A program made the position numbers and the translations under genes. DNA of 32,000 nt from Desulfobulbus propionicus DSM 2032 (GTDB lineage: Bacteria; Desulfobacterota; Desulfobulbia; Desulfobulbales; Desulfobulbaceae), in NCBI RefSeq assembly GCF_000186885.1, contig NC_014972.1:930001-962000 (forward strand), read 5' to 3'. Below, piece by piece: positions 30,022-32,000 of this stretch (position 1 is the first letter of the stretch; each line of letters starts with the position of its first letter). A model generated the notes under the pieces. That model was not told the DNA's origin. It ran no database searches and saw only the letters and a program-made list of their open reading frames with translations.

Positions 30022-31808
30022 CCTCCAGTTTTATCCATCCCTCTGTGCTGCTGATCGTAGGCGCGCTGCTTTTACCCCTTGTTCAGGGGCCGTTGCGCAA
30101 ACCGTATCTCTTTTTGGTGCCGTTGCTGGCCCTGGGGGCGGTGGTCCTGAACACGACCCTGAGCGGCACCTTTGCCGTCATGCCCTTCCTCGACTGGCAG
30201 CTGGTACTGGGCCGGGTGGACAAACTGTCCACCGTTTTTGCCCTGATCATGGCGGTGATGGCGGTGATCGGTACGCTGTATGGCCTTCAGGTCGATCGGG
30301 CCGGCGAGCACATGGCCGCCTGGTTCTATGCCGCCGGGTCGCTAGGGGTCATTTATAGCGGCGACTACCTGAGCCTCTTTCTCTTCTGGGAGATGATGGC
30401 CTTTGCCTCGGTGTTTCTGGTCTGGTTCCGGCGCGGACCGCAATCGTTGCGAATTGGCTACCGCTATCTGCTCATCCACACCATCGGCGGCATTATCCTC
30501 CTGGCCGGCATTTTGTTGCGCTACCAGGCGGTGGGCAATATCACCTTCGATCTGATGGATGTGGCCCATCCCCAGCTGTACACCTGGTTGATCATGATCG
30601 GTTTCGGCCTCAATGCCGCCATGGTGCCGCTCCATTCCTGGCTGCCCGAAGCCTACTCCGAGGCCTCGTTCAACGGCGCGGTCTTCCTCTGCGCCTTCAC
30701 CACCAAGACCGCGGTCTACACCCTGGCCAGGGCCTGCGCCGGCATGGAGATTCTAGTGGTGCTTGGCGTGATCATGGCCCTCTACGGCGTCCTCTACGCG
30801 GTGATGGAGAATGACATCCGCAAGCTGCTGGCCTGGTCGATCGTCTCCCAAGTGGGCTACATGGTCGCCGGTATCGGCATTGGCACCGACATGGCCATCA
30901 ATGGCGCCGTCGCCCATGCAGTGGTCCATATTCTGTACAAGAGTTTGCTGTTCATGGGCACCGGCTCGGTGCTCTACATGACCGGCAAGACCAAGTTCAC
31001 CGAACTGGGCGGCCTGTATGCCAAGATGCCGGCCACCTTCTTCTTCACCATGATCGGGTGTCTGTCGATTTCGGCAGCCCCCTGTTTTGCCGCCTATGCC
31101 AGCAAGTCGCTGATCATCACTGCCGGTTTTGAGCAGCATCTCAACTGGGCGGCCTGGCTGTTGATGTTCGGCGCCACCGGCACCTTCATGTACAACGGCC
31201 TCAAATTGCCCTATTTTTTGTTTTTCGGCAAAAATAACTGCAGCCGGGAAACCTGGGAGAGGGCGGCTGATCCCGCCTGGAACATGCTCATCGCCATGAC
31301 CTTGGGGGCCACTCTCTGCGTGCTGGTTGGCACGGCGCCCGGTTTTCTCTATGCCTTGTTGCCCCATGCGGTGGACTATACCCCGCATACGATGTACCAC
31401 CTGATGGAAACTCTGCAGTTGCTCGGGTTTGCTGCCCTGGCCTTTTTCCTGCTCAAGCGCTTTGTGCAGCCGGTGGATCGTCTCTGCCTGGATGTGGATT
31501 GGTTGTACCGCAAGGCTGGCTGCGCTTTCCTGTGGCTGATCAAACGGCCATTACAGGCGGCCGATACCGCCTGGGGCGAGGCCTATCGGGTGGTCGGCAT
31601 TGATTCCTTGAAAACACTCAGCCGTTTTTGGAGTTGGTTCGACTGGCAGGTGATCGACGGCGTGGTTGACGGTCTTGCCCGCTCGGTGCGGGTCCTTGGA
31701 GGCAAGGTCCGCATCCTGCAGAGCGGCCAAATTCAGCTTACCCTGTATTACGCCTTTTCGCTTGCCGCCGTTGTTTTGGTAACCTTTATTTTTTTTCAGC
31801 TGCTTTAA
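30018..31808 (+). CDS. proton-conducting membrane transporter (MrpD-like core with NuoL-like C-terminal extension), 596 aa
   Basis: LFLFWEMMAFASVFLVWF, AAMVPLHSWLPEAYSEASFNGAVFLCAFTTKTAVY, KLLAWSIVSQVGYMVAGIGIG. C-terminus ...VDGLARSVRVLGGKVRILQSGQIQLTLYYAFSL. Confidence 0.9.
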   Translation: MTSSFIHPSVLLIVGALLLPLVQGPLRKPYLFLVPLLALGAVVLNTTLSGTFAVMPFLDWQLVLGRVDKLSTVFALIMAVMAVIGTLYGLQVDRAGEHMAAWFYAAGSLGVIYSGDYLSLFLFWEMMAFASVFLVWFRRGPQSLRIGYRYLLIHTIGGIILLAGILLRYQAVGNITFDLMDVAHPQLYTWLIMIGFGLNAAMVPLHSWLPEAYSEASFNGAVFLCAFTTKTAVYTLARACAGMEILVVLGVIMALYGVLYAVMENDIRKLLAWSIVSQVGYMVAGIGIGTDMAINGAVAHAVVHILYKSLLFMGTGSVLYMTGKTKFTELGGLYAKMPATFFFTMIGCLSISAAPCFAAYASKSLIITAGFEQHLNWAAWLLMFGATGTFMYNGLKLPYFLFFGKNNCSRETWERAADPAWNMLIAMTLGATLCVLVGTAPGFLYALLPHAVDYTPHTMYHLMETLQLLGFAALAFFLLKRFVQPVDRLCLDVDWLYRKAGCAFLWLIKRPLQAADTAWGEAYRVVGIDSLKTLSRFWSWFDWQVIDGVVDGLARSVRVLGGKVRILQSGQIQLTLYYAFSLAAVVLVTFIFFQLL

Positions 31809-31821
31809 GGGGAACGAGAGA

Positions 31822-32000
31822 ATGGATTTGTTACTCATCAAAGAGGGATTTCCCCTCCTCAGCTTCCTCATCTTCCTGCCGCTGGCCGGGGCAACGGTGC
31901 TGCTTTTTTTTCACGGTGCGTCCTTTGCCCGGATATGGGCGCTGTGCGTCACCTCGCTGACCGCCATCTGCTCTGTCCCATTGCTCATCGGCTTTGATCC
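31822..32000 (+). CDS. start of a further complex I antiporter-like subunit, probably NuoM (truncated by the window)
   Basis: MDLLLIKEGFPLLSFLIFLPLAGATVLLFFHGASFARIWALCVTSLTAICSVPLLIGFD; NuoM-like N-terminus. Confidence 0.75.
   Translation, partial: MDLLLIKEGFPLLSFLIFLPLAGATVLLFFHGASFARIWALCVTSLTAICSVPLLIGFD

Overview
This 32 kb window looks like a core-genome segment of a GC-rich anaerobic delta-proteobacterium-like organism; a Desulfobulbales-like sulfate reducer is a guess from gene content only. From left to right it carries: a tripartite RND efflux operon (- strand); a small secreted protein with an 11-residue periodic repeat; a beta-CASP metallo-beta-lactamase-fold protein; an OmpA-domain protein with a probable vWA-like region; a stand-alone PAS protein; an HD-domain protein; uroporphyrinogen decarboxylase (hemE); an Ahb-like radical SAM/SPASM protein; a universal stress protein; a PilZ protein; two hypothetical genes; a left-handed beta-helix transferase; lon; mltG; a cold-shock protein; NAD+ synthase; a membrane-anchored multiheme cytochrome c; a class I aminotransferase; a LysR regulator; and, divergent from it, a complex I operon (nuoA-B-C-D-H-I-J-K plus antiporter-like subunits). 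The operon has no nuoE/F/G in the visible part. I saw no CRISPR array, phage, transposon, rRNA or tRNA. I found no convincing new defence or mobile system. The best leads are the modified nuo operon and its small coupled membrane subunit, the LysR/nuo divergent promoter with an inverted repeat, the hendecad-repeat secreted protein with an adjacent perfect hairpin, the hemE/Ahb-like pairing, and the 11 CXXCH + 1 CX4CH cytochrome.
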